From Camelus ferus (lineage: Eukaryota), in contig NC_045696.1 of the NCBI RefSeq assembly GCF_009834535.1, positions 30,072,001 to 30,136,000 of the forward strand: DNA of 64,000 bases, written 5' to 3'. The position numbers and the translations under genes are program-made. Position 1 is the first letter of the stretch. Every line of letters begins with the position of its first letter. This document shows, one piece after another, positions 1 to 12,464 of the stretch. The notes beneath the pieces are model-generated. The model searched no databases. It saw only the letters and a program-made list of their open reading frames with translations, and was not told where the DNA came from.

Positions 1-60
1 CTTGACAGCCATACATTAATCATTATATATTTTCTCAAATACTTGATATATGTCCACACT

Positions 61-200
61 TTTTTTTCGGGGGGTGGGTGGAGGTAATTAGGTTTCTTTC
101 TTTATTTTTTATGTTATTTTTTTGATAGAGGTATTGGGGATTGAACCCAGGACCTCCTGCATGCTAAGCACACACTCTACAACTGAACTGTACCCTCCCC
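61..200 (-). mobile_element. tRNA-derived SINE, camelid Vic-1 type
   Basis: Reverse complement reads GGGGAGGGTACAGTTCAGTTGTAGAG...GCTTAGCATGCAGGAGGTCCTGGGTTCAATCCCC (tRNA A/B boxes), then an A-rich stretch, AAACCTAATTACCTCC and a poly(A) tail; imperfect flanking repeat tccaca(c/t)t. Confidence 0.9.
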
Positions 201-279
201 ACTCCACATTTCTTCCAGACACTTTTCCTTATTTATATAATTTTTCTTCATGGTTTTCACTATCATGTACATGCCAATA

Positions 280-1000
280 ACGCTCGAATTTACATCTGTG
301 ATTCAGATCCTCCTATGAGATCTGGATATATATGGCCAACTTCTTATGAGACATTTTATACCTTGCTTTACTATAAACACTTTATATTAAATAAATATGC
401 TAATGAATTTCCCACAAAGCATTGTTTTCACCTAATATATTCAATTCTAATGTCATGCCAACAACCCTGTTTTCCAACCTAATTCTGGCAATAACTATAT
501 ATTCTTCTTTTTCCAATACTTTCATATCAAATCAATTTTTGATTTTAGCAATGCTACCATCTTTACACACCTTAAATCCTCCTTAATTCTCTATGTTACA
601 TACTATTTAAGTAGTCTACTATGTGACCTCCCAACCCCCATGCTCTTTTACTCCACTCTGTTCTTCACACAGGCACTAAAACACATATTTGCTCATGTTT
701 GCCTCCAGAGTAAAAGTATCATTGGCATTTCATTGCCAACAGCATCATCTGCACCTCTATCTGCTTCTTCGCCACCTCCTGCTTCCCTACATGCACTTTA
801 TACTGTAGTCACATTCAACTGCTTACTGTTTTCTGAATCTTGTCATTTCTGGACTCCACAATATTTTATAGACTGGTCCATCTGATTTAAATAACCTTTT
901 ATGTCTTCAGTCCTGAGAAACTTTTAATTTTGTATCCCATAGCTCCCTGATGAATAATTCCTTAAGAGACATTCCCTGCATTACACAAATTCTTTTTTCC
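280..1000 (+). mobile_element. Degraded L2 LINE fragments
   Basis: Pyrimidine-rich L2-like text (tttacatctgtgattcagatcctcc..., ctccactctgttcttcacacaggc); very diverged, boundaries approximate. Confidence 0.5.
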
Positions 1001-1129
1001 CTTCTTTATGCCCCTTTTATTTTTCGTAATGGTCATTTGGTCACATCTCTTGTAATCTAAGACACTGTGAGCAACACACATGTCTTAGTGGACAATCTTT
1101 GTAACAATAGAAAGCACCCTGACTAGGAT

Positions 1130-1290
1130 ATGGAAAGGCTTGTATTCCTACTTCTTTGATCTTAGAAGATGGCTTACTTAGCCATCTTAAAAATGCAGTA
1201 ATAATTCCTTAGTTCAAAAAAAATATATGAGTCAAAACCATGTTTTTATGTTATTAGCTAGGCATGTACCAGGTTCAAGGAGGCATTTAT
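1130..1290 (+). mobile_element. MIR SINE fragment
   Basis: MIR core-like text catcttaaaaatgcagtaataattcctt; highly diverged. Confidence 0.4.
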
Positions 1291-1949
1291 ATAGACTTTT
1301 TAGTTTCCATAGTTTTTCATTTACATCATGTCCTTGCGAGAGATTTGCATTGAAGGCTTTTTTTTTTTTTCTGTGATGCAAAAATGTACAGCGCTTTTTA
1401 TTAGTTAAGGTCTCAGTTTTATTCTATGTGCCTTTTATGTTCTGAATTCTTTCCACTGGACTGGTGTTTATCCCAAAATAACTGATGGTAGAGGAAAAAA
1501 AGTTAAATTTATAAAGGCTCCTTTTATCAGCAGTTTACCCCTTATTATGAATGACTTAGAAATGGAAATGGCATTGCATAAAACCTTTCTCAGGTGTGAA
1601 AGGATAAATACACCTTTCTAATGTTACATGACATAATTGTACCAATTCTTACTTTCTATCATTTCTAGAACCAAATGTAATTAATATATTTAAAAAATCT
1701 CCTTCCTACTGGTTATCTTATTAAATCAAATAAATTGAAAAAAAAGTGTATGTGTATTTCCCTCAGAATAATAACTGGCATATCATATGCATCTAATAAA
1801 TGATAGCTAAAGTGACAAGGATACTGCTAATTTTGATTTTAGTATGCTCAGTACTTAGCTCAGACTCTGACAAATTGCAGGTGTTCCAATAAATAACCAA
1901 AAGATTAAGCGAATGAATGACTGAGTTACATGAAGGAATTAAATGAAAT

Positions 1950-2090
1950 TAGTGGCTGTAAATTGTGGTTGTCCATCAGAGTCACCTGTAGGACGTTTCT
2001 GAGACGGCAGATGCCTACTTCTAAACAAAGACCTACTGTTAGAAACTCTGAATACAGGTCCAAAACATCTTTATTTCCAAAAGTTCATGA
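1950..2090. mobile_element. MER5-type hAT-Charlie MITE
   Basis: catcagagtcacctg...gcagatgcc...agacctactgttagaaactctg resembles the MER5A consensus. Confidence 0.65.
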
Positions 2091-2104
2091 CATCTGTTTT
2101 CTGC

Positions 2105-2210
2105 AGTGAAAATGTACTTAATGCCACTGAACTGTACACTTAAAAATGGTTAAAATGATAAAGTTTGTGTTATAGATATTTTACTACAAAAGATAAAGGG
2201 GAAAAAAAAA
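2105..2210 (+). mobile_element. Old L1 (L1MB/L1MC-like) extreme 3' end
   Basis: aatgtacttaatgccactgaactgtacacttaaaaatggttaaaatg followed by an A-tail. Confidence 0.8.
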
Positions 2211-2934
2211 CCCTTCATAATTTCTATTCATTATGGCAACGATTCTTAGTGGTAGAATACCATGGAGGGGAAACATGAAAGGTCTCAAGAGTTGGGAGAT
2301 ACAGATTGAAAAATCATGTGATCTGAATGTTTCCACAGTGTATTATTTTCCTTTGGCCATCAGGTAATAACATAGAATACACTGGATTTTTTACTGACTT
2401 GATCAACTTCTATGTAAAATTATTCTCTCTCTTTGAGGTTTATCGTTTCTTATCTGGATCTATATACTTTAATCTTAAGAGCTAACTCTAGATTAAGGAA
2501 TGTTTCAGAGGACCAATGACATTGCCAATGTCAGAGGGGCAACCTCAGTAGTGAAGATGGATGATGTCCACAGTTAACAATCCATCTGGACCAAATGGTG
2601 CCGGTAGTCACTTCCAATATCTTAATTTGACTATCTCATAAGTAGGGACCATAGTCTCCAGAGGAATGTATTTTCTGAAGTTTGTTGTCACAGAAAAATA
2701 TATAAAATGTTTGAAACATGCCTTAATTGATTTTAGACAGTTTTAAATTGGCAGTATTAGTTTTGGTAAGTTATGACTTCTGAATATGTTTATTCTGAAT
2801 TTCTTCTTCTCTTCCCAAATCCGTCCACCAGTGATATACCTAATTGCTTTAGTAGCAGTATTCTGAATCTAGTTATATTTGAATCAAGCCATGCAAAGCT
2901 TTCATTAAAAGAGAATAACATAGAGATGAATTGT

Positions 2935-3095
2935 TCTCCGATTCTGGTACACGCAAGAACTACATATGTTGCTTGTTACAAGTGCAAATTTCTAAGCCCA
3001 ACTCCAAGAGATGATTTTGTAATTCTGGAATGGAGATGAGGGTAAGCATTTTTAATAATACAAGTGAGGTAAGTGGTTCCAACAATCACTAAAAC
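2935..3095. mobile_element. MER5-type MITE
   Basis: gcttgttacaagtgcaaatttctaagcccaactccaagagat...gcatttttaata. Confidence 0.55.
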
Positions 3096-5419
3096 CTTAA
3101 GGTACCCCCTCACCAACCCCCCACCTCAGATCGATCGATCGATTTATCTATCTATGTACATATATATTATACATACATAGATATTATAATGTACATATTA
3201 GATTTTGGCAGGTCCATAGATGTAGAGATAATTACTTTTTTTTTACCTTACAATTAGATACTTTTTTCTTGCTGTAATGTAAGCAACAGCTGAGCAGATG
3301 ATGGCTTAGTGAGTAACATGCTACACATTCTTCTATTCTTCCTCATGATTCTCTTATTTACACTAATAACAAGTATTTATATAGCAAGTAGTGTTTTTCC
3401 TTCCAAATTAGTACTTTTACTTTATTTTTTAATTTTCTTGAAGTATTTTTCTTTAAAGTTATATTTGAGAGACCACATTCAGAATAACAATGACCATAAA
3501 ATGTGCTGTTTGTGATGAAAGAATGAGAAAAAATTCTACATGTTACACTAATATTCTTGTGTGTGTATGCATTTACGAGTGTCTATTCATATACATGTAA
3601 AAGTTCCATTTAAATTACTGATTACAATGAAAATAATATTGTTGAGTTTCTCTGATGTTGCTAATGATTTTTAAAATTTTTATTTATAGCCTATAAAATG
3701 TTACTTTTGAAGTGTGGTGTTTCTGTGCTTTCATACACTAACATGAAAGCTGTTATAACCAAACCATGGCAGTTATAAAGATTTATGAAGCAAAATCATA
3801 TCACAATTTAAAAACCACATGTCACTTTTTTCACTACTCTGTGGTAGTGTTTAATATGAACTAAGTGCAAGCTGCCGTTTTACTGATTCTTTGATTTAAT
3901 TATTTATGATGGGAAGTGAGCCAAGATGGAGATGTTCTCTTAAAAGTAATTTCTCTCAGAAGGTATACTTAGGTCTTTGGCTAAGATTATGTTTAATTCA
4001 CCTCAACTATACCAACTGCATTCTTCACTTTTCTTCTGCAGATTAGGAAGTTGTTTCTAAAGTAGTTCTTCAAGAGAACTATGAACAATCAAGAGTATTC
4101 ACTGTTAGCCATTCAAAACGTTAGCATCAATGCGATAACAAAGGCAAATTTAGGATACCTATTTGTAAATCCACAGGCAAAGTTCCTTACACTTGGAAAT
4201 CAGAGGGGACGTTAGGTGGAAGGAGGTGGTGTTGAATTAGATTGCAAGATTGGCAGTAAGAGATGCAGCCTACTCTACTTGCCTTCTATTTAATCCTTTC
4301 ATAAATGCCCTTGCCTTTGAAAAGCAAGAAACTGAATTAAACCCTCAGGCTGTTTCTTATAATGGAGAAATTTTCCTCTCCTATCTCTCCCACCATTTTG
4401 AACTTTGCTTAGAGGCCGGCACTGAGGTACACCCTGATTCAGTGGAACTAAACTACAAATTAAAAAGGCATATTTATTTAAGTTCTCCTTTTGGCATGAA
4501 AATTAATTAGCAAGTGCCCTGGCGAAGTAGAGACAGAGATTTTGTTTGAGCAGTATTTGGGAAAAATGTGATCATTTTCCATGATTGGCCTTTGCTTAGT
4601 GTTTCAACTAGCTGTTTCCTGCTCTTCCTTATTGATTATTCCTCAGTTTTTTCTTTTCTTCACTTTTCTCATTAGTTAATAATGAGTTTTCTCTAATGAC
4701 GTATCTCTTTATCAAAGAGTTTTTCCCAAGTGCTGACAATACCTCTTAAGAGATACTATTTGATTGTGTTCTGAAGAAAGACTTGAATTTTACTCGAAGT
4801 TGGGGCTGGATAAACTCTGTGAACTCTGTGTTAACCTCTTATCAGAGTTCCTCCTTCCCCACTTGAAGGCTTTGTCACTAATTAAGATACTAGAATTATG
4901 GAGCAATCCAGGGCAGAGTGAAGGGAAGTTTTCAAGCATGAGTAAGACTGTATTTTTCCATTGGGCACACAGAATAGATACACAGAGTCAGAAATTAATT
5001 TCCATGATAGAAAAATTTTTTAAATGTTATGTTTTAACACCTGTTTGTGGGCTGAACTCTGCACCTGCAACAAGTGTTATAAATTGATATAGACCTTTTA
5101 TAGTTCATCTACAGTTCAACAATATTCATTACTAAGCTAAGCCAATGTAACTTCTGAGAAGATCATGCAAAACAAAACAACTAATTAAAAAGATGTGAAG
5201 ACGAAAGAATAGGATAAATGAGGTTGTATGGTAAATACCTCTCATCTTAACTGTATTTAAAGAGATTTTGCTATTGAGTGACTGGTCATTATCTTTGCTT
5301 CATCTCCAGGTTCCAGTGATTAGGGAATTTATTTTAAGCTAGGATTGGAAAGTAACCAAATCAAGTATTATGAAGACTTGTTGACTCTCCTTTGTGATAA
5401 TACTTATATGTTGGTTTAT

Positions 5420-5594
5420 GAGGACTAGGACAAGGATCAGGAAAGTGAGGGGTCTAAGGTACAACTTTAAGTATGTACTTAATTTCAGGGTCATGTAAGT
5501 CCTGAGCCAGCACTTGTGTGGCCCTGAGAGTGAGTGTCCCCTGACAATTTGACATCCTAGGCTCTTCATTTCCCTTCTCCTAGTCTCAGCCTTT
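5420..5594. mobile_element. MER96-like hAT-Tip100 MITE
   Basis: Degenerate terminal inverted repeats (aggactaggacaagg... / ...cttctcctagtctcagcct) and internal ccctgagagtgagtg. Confidence 0.6.
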
Positions 5595-6249
5595 TGTATT
5601 TGTATTATTGTTAGACTACCAGGTAATGTAGAAGTACATTTGCTTTTGAAATGAAGCCAATACATTAATGTTTAGTGTTAGAACACCTTGCTCATATGAA
5701 CAAATTGCTGTGGTGCTGTTCATCTTCCATTAATACTGTTTCTGTTTCTCATGAGTTGGGGTATTTGAATGCTATATTATCTTGACTTATGATGCAATTA
5801 GTCCAGTGTAGATTTTTCAGAAAATTAGTATTTGAAGAGCTGCTTTTTCTTTGACTATTTTTTTAACTGATACCTAGAAGAACACTTGATAACATATTTT
5901 TAAAGAAAGCTGAGAGTTCACTTACTTGATGTGTGTTTTGGAAATGATGCAGTCTCCCCTAAAGTCAGAAGTAACTCTGATGCTTAATATATAGGTTTGT
6001 GTCATACAGGAGAGTTCTGTACAAGTAAACTTGATTTAGGATGCATAAGTTTGGAAGGCTTAACTCTCCTTTTAAAAAGCAAGAAAGAAGACTAAGGTCA
6101 CAATGTTCTGACTTGAAAAGTCAATTTAAAATATTCTGTTAAGGCTAAAAATAAGAACTCTGATAAAGGTTAAGGCAAGGAAATTTCCTAGATCACTTTA
6201 GCATAATGAGTGAAGTCCTTCCACCTCTAGACTTCTAGATTTCTTGTTA

Positions 6250-6470
6250 AGGCTAACTAACCTACCAGGCACAAAGCTATTAGGTGCCCACAGAAATGTT
6301 TTTGTTCATTTTAAACCAGAAGAAAAAAATGAGTATAATCTAACCAACATGATATTTATCTTTATGCTAACATAGTTGTAAAATATAATTATTAATTTTT
6401 TTTAATTAAAGAAGAGGATCACAAAGTCAAAAGTTCCTAGGGCCAGTGAAAGTCATAATACTTTTGCATC
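6250..6470. mobile_element. Non-autonomous hAT-Tip100 element (ORSL-like)
   Basis: gcccacagaaatgttttt...ttttaaaccagaagaaaaaaatgagtataat...aaaagttcctagggccagtgaaagtcataat. Confidence 0.55.
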
Positions 6471-6953
6471 TATTGTCACTGTAATGGATGTATTTCTTGG
6501 TAAGAAGCATCTCATGGCCTAGTTTACATCACATGCCCATCTGGCTACCAGAATTTGAAATTAAGGCACAGCTTAAGAAGTAAGGTGGATGCCAGACGGC
6601 AAAAAACCCAAATAGATAAGCAAAAAATATGTGTCTATTTCATGTGGTGGCTAGGCATTGTGAATACTAAAAATAGATCTGCATTTATATGAAAGTTTAA
6701 GGAATTTTTGGATGAAAACTGCCAGTTCCTCTCAACGGTAGGCCTATGTTCCTGGTGAGAGGGTAGTGCAGATAGATATATCTGATACATATGCCTGCAC
6801 TGCACTTGGAAAGATATTGACAAACTATTTTTCCATTCATATTTGTCCCTCCATATTTAACACTAGAATTTTTTTGTATTGATTTTCTATGATATGGAAT
6901 CACCAATTCTCCCTAAACGTCTTGCTCTCCATCTAAGATCAGGTTTTGCAAGG

Positions 6954-7320
6954 TGTATTAGTTTGCTAGGGCTGCTATGACAAAGTAAATCAGACTGAAT
7001 ATTTTAAACAATAAAAATGTATTTCCTTATAGTCCTAGAGGTTGGAAGTCCAGGGTCAGAGTGTTGGTAGGGTTACTTTCTTCTGAAGTCTTTCTCTTGG
7101 CTCATAGATGGTCCTCTTTTCCCAGTGTCTTCACATGGTACATGTCTGTGTCCAAATTTCCTCTTCTTATAAGGAAGGGCACTAGTCATATTGGTTTAGG
7201 GCCTACCCTAATGACTTCGTTTGGACTTAATTATCTCCATTTCCAAATACAGCCATGTTCTGCAGGTTAGGACTTCAACCTATGAATTTTTGGGCAGGGG
7301 GCACAATTCATCCTATAACA
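6954..7320 (-). mobile_element. MaLR solo LTR (MLT1B-like)
   Basis: tgtattagtttgctagggctgctatgacaaag ... ggacttcaacctatgaattt...cacaattcatcctataaca; TG...CA termini. Confidence 0.9.
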
Positions 7321-7565
7321 TGAAATAATCAAAATAAATTAAATATACTGTTCTAGGTATATATTTTTAATTATTATTACAATAGATTTTAGTATTTAAT
7401 ATATGATATGCCTTAACATGAGCTATGTAGCTGGAACAATGGTAGGTCTTGAGGACCTAGGCTTGTGTCATTTAAGGAGAGAGGGAATTTAGGCTGCTGT
7501 GACAGTAACATCATACAGAACATTAATTTTTTATTCTGATAGATCCAGTGATAACATTTCCTACA

Positions 7566-7743
7566 AAGCATTGTTTCTAATGTGATCTATGCATCAGCTA
7601 CATCAGAATTACTGGGATGCTAATTTTTGGCTCTATCCCTGATCCACTGAAGCAGAATCTCTGGAGGTGGGGGCCAAATTATCTCAATTTCTGTAAAGCA
7701 TTCCAGGTGATAATAGCACATACTAACTTGATGACTGCTCTAG
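7566..7743. mobile_element. MER5A/B MITE
   Basis: catcagaattactggg...ccactgaagcagaatctctggaggtggggg...ttccaggtgat. Confidence 0.75.
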
Positions 7744-7786
7744 AATCAGGTAGTATTTTTTCTCTTTAATTTTTTAATTTAATGGC

Positions 7787-8232
7787 TGCTGTAAACTGAA
7801 AGTTTGTGTCCCTCTGATATTCATATGGTAAAACCTAATCTCCATTGTGTTGGTGTTAGAAAGTGGAGCCTTTGGGAGGTGATTAGGTTATGAGAACTCA
7901 TGAATAGGATCAATGCCCTTATGATAGAAACTCCAGAAGGCTCCCTTGCGCTTTCTACCATGAGAGGACACAGTGAGAAGATTGCTGCCTATGAACTAGG
8001 AAGCAGGCTCTCACCAAACACTAAATCTGTGCCTTGATCTTGGACTTCCCAGCCTGTGATGATAGCTTTGTGGATAAGATGCAGAAACACACTGGTTGCT
8101 AGTCAAGGACTATGGATTGAAGAACAGTTGATCACTGATTGATGGATCCTTGTCTACTGTGATGAGGTCTACTTGTGTATAAGTCACCCAGTCTATGGTG
8201 TTCTGTTATAGCAGCACAAACTGACAAAGACA
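7787..8232 (+). mobile_element. MaLR solo LTR (MLT1A0-like) carrying a ~100-bp internal insertion
   Basis: tgctgtaaactgaaagtttgtgtcc ... gttatagcagcacaaactgacaaagaca; 5-bp TSD atggc (7782-7786) / aaggc (8233-8237), 4 of 5 match. Confidence 0.9.
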
Positions 8233-8419
8233 AAGGCTTTCAGATACACAGAATTGGAGTGATGATAATCAGTCATCACACCTGTTTATTATTGCTGTGG
8301 GCTCAACTGTCTGTCTATCTTTCATCATCTGTCTAGATCTCTCATTTAAGTATACTGAATGTTCTTGAACTCACTAACCAAACCAAGAACTAACACATTG
8401 ACAGTAACAAATCTGTTTG

Positions 8420-9960
8420 GATAATCTCCCATCCCATCCTCTGATCCCCTATGGTGACCATTGTCTAGAATTAGTACATATCATTCACTTGCTAAAAAAA
8501 TACATATATGCATGTAAAAGTATACATATGTATACATATATAAATGTTTGCATACGTAGCCTTATACAAACATTTATATATGCATACATATACAAACATA
8601 TATACATAACACACACACATACACGCACACACACATAGTTTTAAATATTTAGAACTTTTTTTAAGAGTATCAGACTGTTCATAGCCTTCTAGGACTTGTC
8701 CAGCTCCTCCTCTCCAATACCAGTATTGCATTGAATTTTATTATTCTAACCTTATTATTTGTTCATTTTCACTATTATAGGTATATTTGTTTATTTTCAC
8801 CGTTGTAGAATTATATTGACTAAATATACCACAATGTAATTATTCATTCTCTTCATTCTTTTCTTCAGTTGGATTCATTTCTAGTACTTCCCTCTTATTA
8901 ACATCCTTGCTAGAAATATCCATGTATAAGCATCCAGTGTATATATGTGAGGGATATTCTTGGGTATATGCCCAGAAGTAAAAGTGTTGAATAGTAGGAT
9001 ATGAAAATAACTTTAAATAATATTGCCAAATTATTTTCTAGTCAATTTAGCTATTTATATTCTGAGGGATAGTGTTGAAGCTAGCTACTCTAGCACATAG
9101 CATTATCAGAATTCTTAATTTTTGTCGATCAAATGAATAAGAAATAATATTTCATTGTGGCCTCAATTTGCATTTCTCTAAAAACAAAGAGATTAAGCAT
9201 CTCAACATATCCTAATGGGTCATATATGTTTCATCTTCTCTGAAATGCCCATTCAAGTCTTTTGTCCGTTTTTCTGTTATGATGCTTGTCTTCTCTGTAT
9301 TGATTTTTGGAAAGGTTTCTTTCCTTTCAACATATTCTTGATCCTATTCCCTTGTCAGTTACATTATTCCAGATAACTTCTACCAGTTTTTACTTTGTAT
9401 TTCTCCTAATTTGAGATAACTTTTAAATAAACTGAAATTCTTAATTTACATAGAATCCATTTTATCAATCATCTTATATAGCTAGCACTTTTTCTGTCTT
9501 GTTCGAGAAAACCTTTTTTACCTCAAGGTCAGAAGATTTTAGTCTATATCTTATGTGAAAAGTTTAAAGCTTTGTTTTTAATATTTATGTTCTTAATCTA
9601 TTTGGACTTGTTTATGTGTAAAGTATGAGGCAGGGCTCTACTTTCCTACAATATTTTACATATAGTTGATCATTTTTCTTCAGTTTCACTAATGGTATTT
9701 TGCTATTGTCATATATCAAGTTTCCATATATGAATGTGTCTCTATAAACTATTTAATCTGTTAGTTTGTGAATCCCCAACACACAATTTTACTGTCATAT
9801 TTATTATAGCTTCATAATACATCATGATATCCGTAGAACAAGTCCTCACTGTTCTTTTTCTGAAAAAATTTCTTGGCCATTCTTGACCCTTTAATCTTTC
9901 ATGTGTATTTTAAAATCAGCCTGTCAATTTTCATAAATAACCCTGTTGGTATTGAGTGTC
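8420..9960 (-). mobile_element. Ancient L1 (L1ME-like) 3' portion
   Basis: Antisense L1 3'/ORF2-end text (ttgcatttctcta...gattaagcatct, tttttggccattcttgacc-like, tatatcaagtttccatatatg); diverged. Confidence 0.7.
8501..8636. repeat. Imperfect (TA)n/(CA)n low-complexity repeat
   Basis: tacatatatgcatg...acacacacatacacgcacacacaca; explains spurious ORFs 8417..8638 and 8492..8731. Confidence 0.9.
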
Positions 9961-11502
9961 AAAAAAAAAAATCTATTTATCCTGTGGACCTACCAGGGTC
10001 ACAATGAGAAGAAGACAGAAGTATTAACTACTCTAGCCTCTAAAGCTACTCTGTTGGAATCACTTAATATTTACACATATTTCATTTAGTAAATACATCC
10101 TTCAATAGTCTTTACTTTTGGTTTTAAAATGTATTTGCTTAGGGCATTCAAGGAAAGAATTGTGATTTAAAGCTTGTATTTTTCTCCTATCCTTGTGGTT
10201 TACATATAGTAAGGATTTAGAATGATATTATTTCAGCTTCATTTTTATAACTGTTATGACCTATCTTATTGCATGTTTCTTCATGCCTTTTTATTTTATA
10301 GATATTCAAGTAGCAAAAACTATAGTTTTGGTTATAAGATGTTTATTTATTATTAATTGAAAATAAATGAACCTTTCTTTCACAAATCTTCAAACTTTGC
10401 TATTTGGACCAATCTCAATTGATTTAACATTTACAGTAGCAGGGAAATGGTGCCAATCATCTTTTCCTTATCTTTGTAAAAAAAATAGTTTCAAACACAA
10501 TGCACAACTTGGATTGGCACCCAGAATAGGGCAATCACAATATGGCTCCATTCTCTCATTGCTTTAGAGATTCACTGGTTGTAGGTTAGGTAGCATGTAA
10601 ATCTGTAGCAGCAATTTACAGAATAGGAATCTACTGATCAAGGAGTTTGTGTAGTTTCTGTAAGTGCGTCATTTATTCACACTACATAGCTGAGATAGTG
10701 GTAGAGTTTAGCTTAGTGCCTATATCTGCTACTTTACTGTATTTCTTTTGGCAAAGAATTTCTTTTCCTTTTTCCCCCAGTTCAAATTTGCTCAAGGACA
10801 CAGAACGTGAGGACATTTCGTTTTCTGGTACAGTGCACTCTGTTCTGTTAATCCTTTTTATGCTGAGAAGCTGGGATGTGAAAAGGTTGTAAAACAAGGA
10901 AACAAACTCACAGGTTATTTCTTGTTTTACTCTAATTGCATTGTAATACAGCACCAATAAGCATGTGGCAAAGATAATAAAAGAGTGACCACTCTACTTG
11001 TGTCTGAAATTCACTAAGGCATCAATTCTAATTTACATTGAGTGAAAAGGTATTTACAAAGTACAGAACAAAAGAAGATAGCATTAAAAAAAGTACAACT
11101 TCCATTCTTCTGTTCTGACCATGTTCTTTGCAGTAAGCTTTGTTTGGGTTTAAGCTTTTACTTTGGACTGAAATCAGTTAGAAATTGGATTCTGAGGCTG
11201 GAGATCTCCTCCTTGAAAAATCAGTAAACAGAAGGGAAGGATAAAAACAAACTCCATAATTGAGAAAAATTAAAATCCTCTCTGTAAATGAGGTTATACA
11301 CAAGATCAGAGCACAGACGAACAACTGAAATGAAAGCGTGAATCAGAAGTGTACAGGGCATCTTGCAGGACAAATTATGTCTCCAGTATAGATGAAATCA
11401 ATTTCATGCACAATTTATTAGTACTGTCACGGATGGTCTGTCCTGAGACAGAATCTGGGTGAATTGAGTTATTTACCTACTGCAGAACCAAGTGGTCTTT
11501 TA

Positions 11503-11658
11503 GAGTAATGTTTCTTAAACTTCTTTGCTCCCTAGGGTACTTGTTAAAAATACAGATTACTTTGCCCTACCTGAGATCTACTGATTCAGAATTTATGGTG
11601 TGGGAACTTGGAAATCTGTATTCATTATTAGTTAAATTTGGCAAACACTGCTTTAGAG
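11503..11658. mobile_element. MER5A1-like MITE
   Basis: cttgttaaaaatacagatt...gagatctactgattcagaat...ggaaatctgtatt...ttggcaaacactgctttag. Confidence 0.75.
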
Positions 11659-11690
11659 GAAGGTAATACAGAACCAGCATAACACTAGTC

Positions 11691-11693
<3 letters not shown>

Positions 11694-11728
<35 letters not shown>
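11694..11728. repeat. (TG)n microsatellite
   Basis: Perfect TG run of about 17 units. Confidence 0.97.
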
Positions 11729-11731
<3 letters not shown>

Positions 11732-12025
11732 ACTATTTTACTGAAAGGAACATTTTAGATTTTAAATATTTTCCTAAAAATGCACAAAACTGCAAGAATC
11801 AACTAGTTAATATTCAACTGATTTCAGTTATTTTCCTTATAAGTGTAGCAATGGCTTCTCGCTTTTTCTTTTTTATTTTTTTGACAGAAGAGCATCCATG
11901 TTGGAATGAGACTAGGGCCTTCTCATTAGCAAAACAGAAAGTGTTAGTCTCTTATAGACTAAGCAAACTTTAAAGTTTTATCTTTCTCTAGTAAGTGGAA
12001 AAGGATTATTTAAAATGTACTTTTT

Positions 12026-12464
12026 CCATAAAAAAGAACAAAATAATGCCATTTGTAGCAACATGGATGGAACTGGATATCGTCATACTAAGTGAAGTAA
12101 TCCAGAAAGAGAAAGAAAAATACCCTATGATATCACTCATATGTGGAGTCTGAAAGAAAATGACAAATACGAACTTATTTACAAAACAGAAACTCACACA
12201 GATAGAAAACAAACTTGTGATTACCAGAGGGTGGATGGATAAACTGGAAGTTCGAGATTTGCAGATACCAACTACTATATATAAAATAGATAAATAACAA
12301 GGTCCCACTGTATAGCACAGGAAACTATATATGGCCTATAATGAAAAAGAAATAGGTAATAGGAAAAGGAATATATATATATATATATTCAATCACTGTG
12401 CTGTACACCAGAAATTAACACAACATTGTAAACCGACAATACTTCCAATAAAAAAATTAAAAAA
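12026..12464 (+). mobile_element. 5'-truncated cetartiodactyl/camelid L1 3' end
   Basis: ORF2 C-terminal text gccatttgtagcaacatggatggaactgg, 3'UTR cagataccaactactatatataaaatagataa, AATAAA plus A-tail; 15-bp TSD taaaatgtacttttt (12011-12025) / taaaatgtgcttttt (12465-12479). Confidence 0.95.

Noticed and set aside
130..200. tRNA gene (also 55092-55165)
   Set aside because: The A/B boxes belong to SINE heads with A-rich tails; no intact cloverleaf
4063..4081. tagttct-tcaag-agaacta hairpin containing the shRNA loop TTCAAGAGA
   Set aside because: Stem only 7 bp, no vector or Pol III context, and the same 9-mer occurs elsewhere in the window; coincidence
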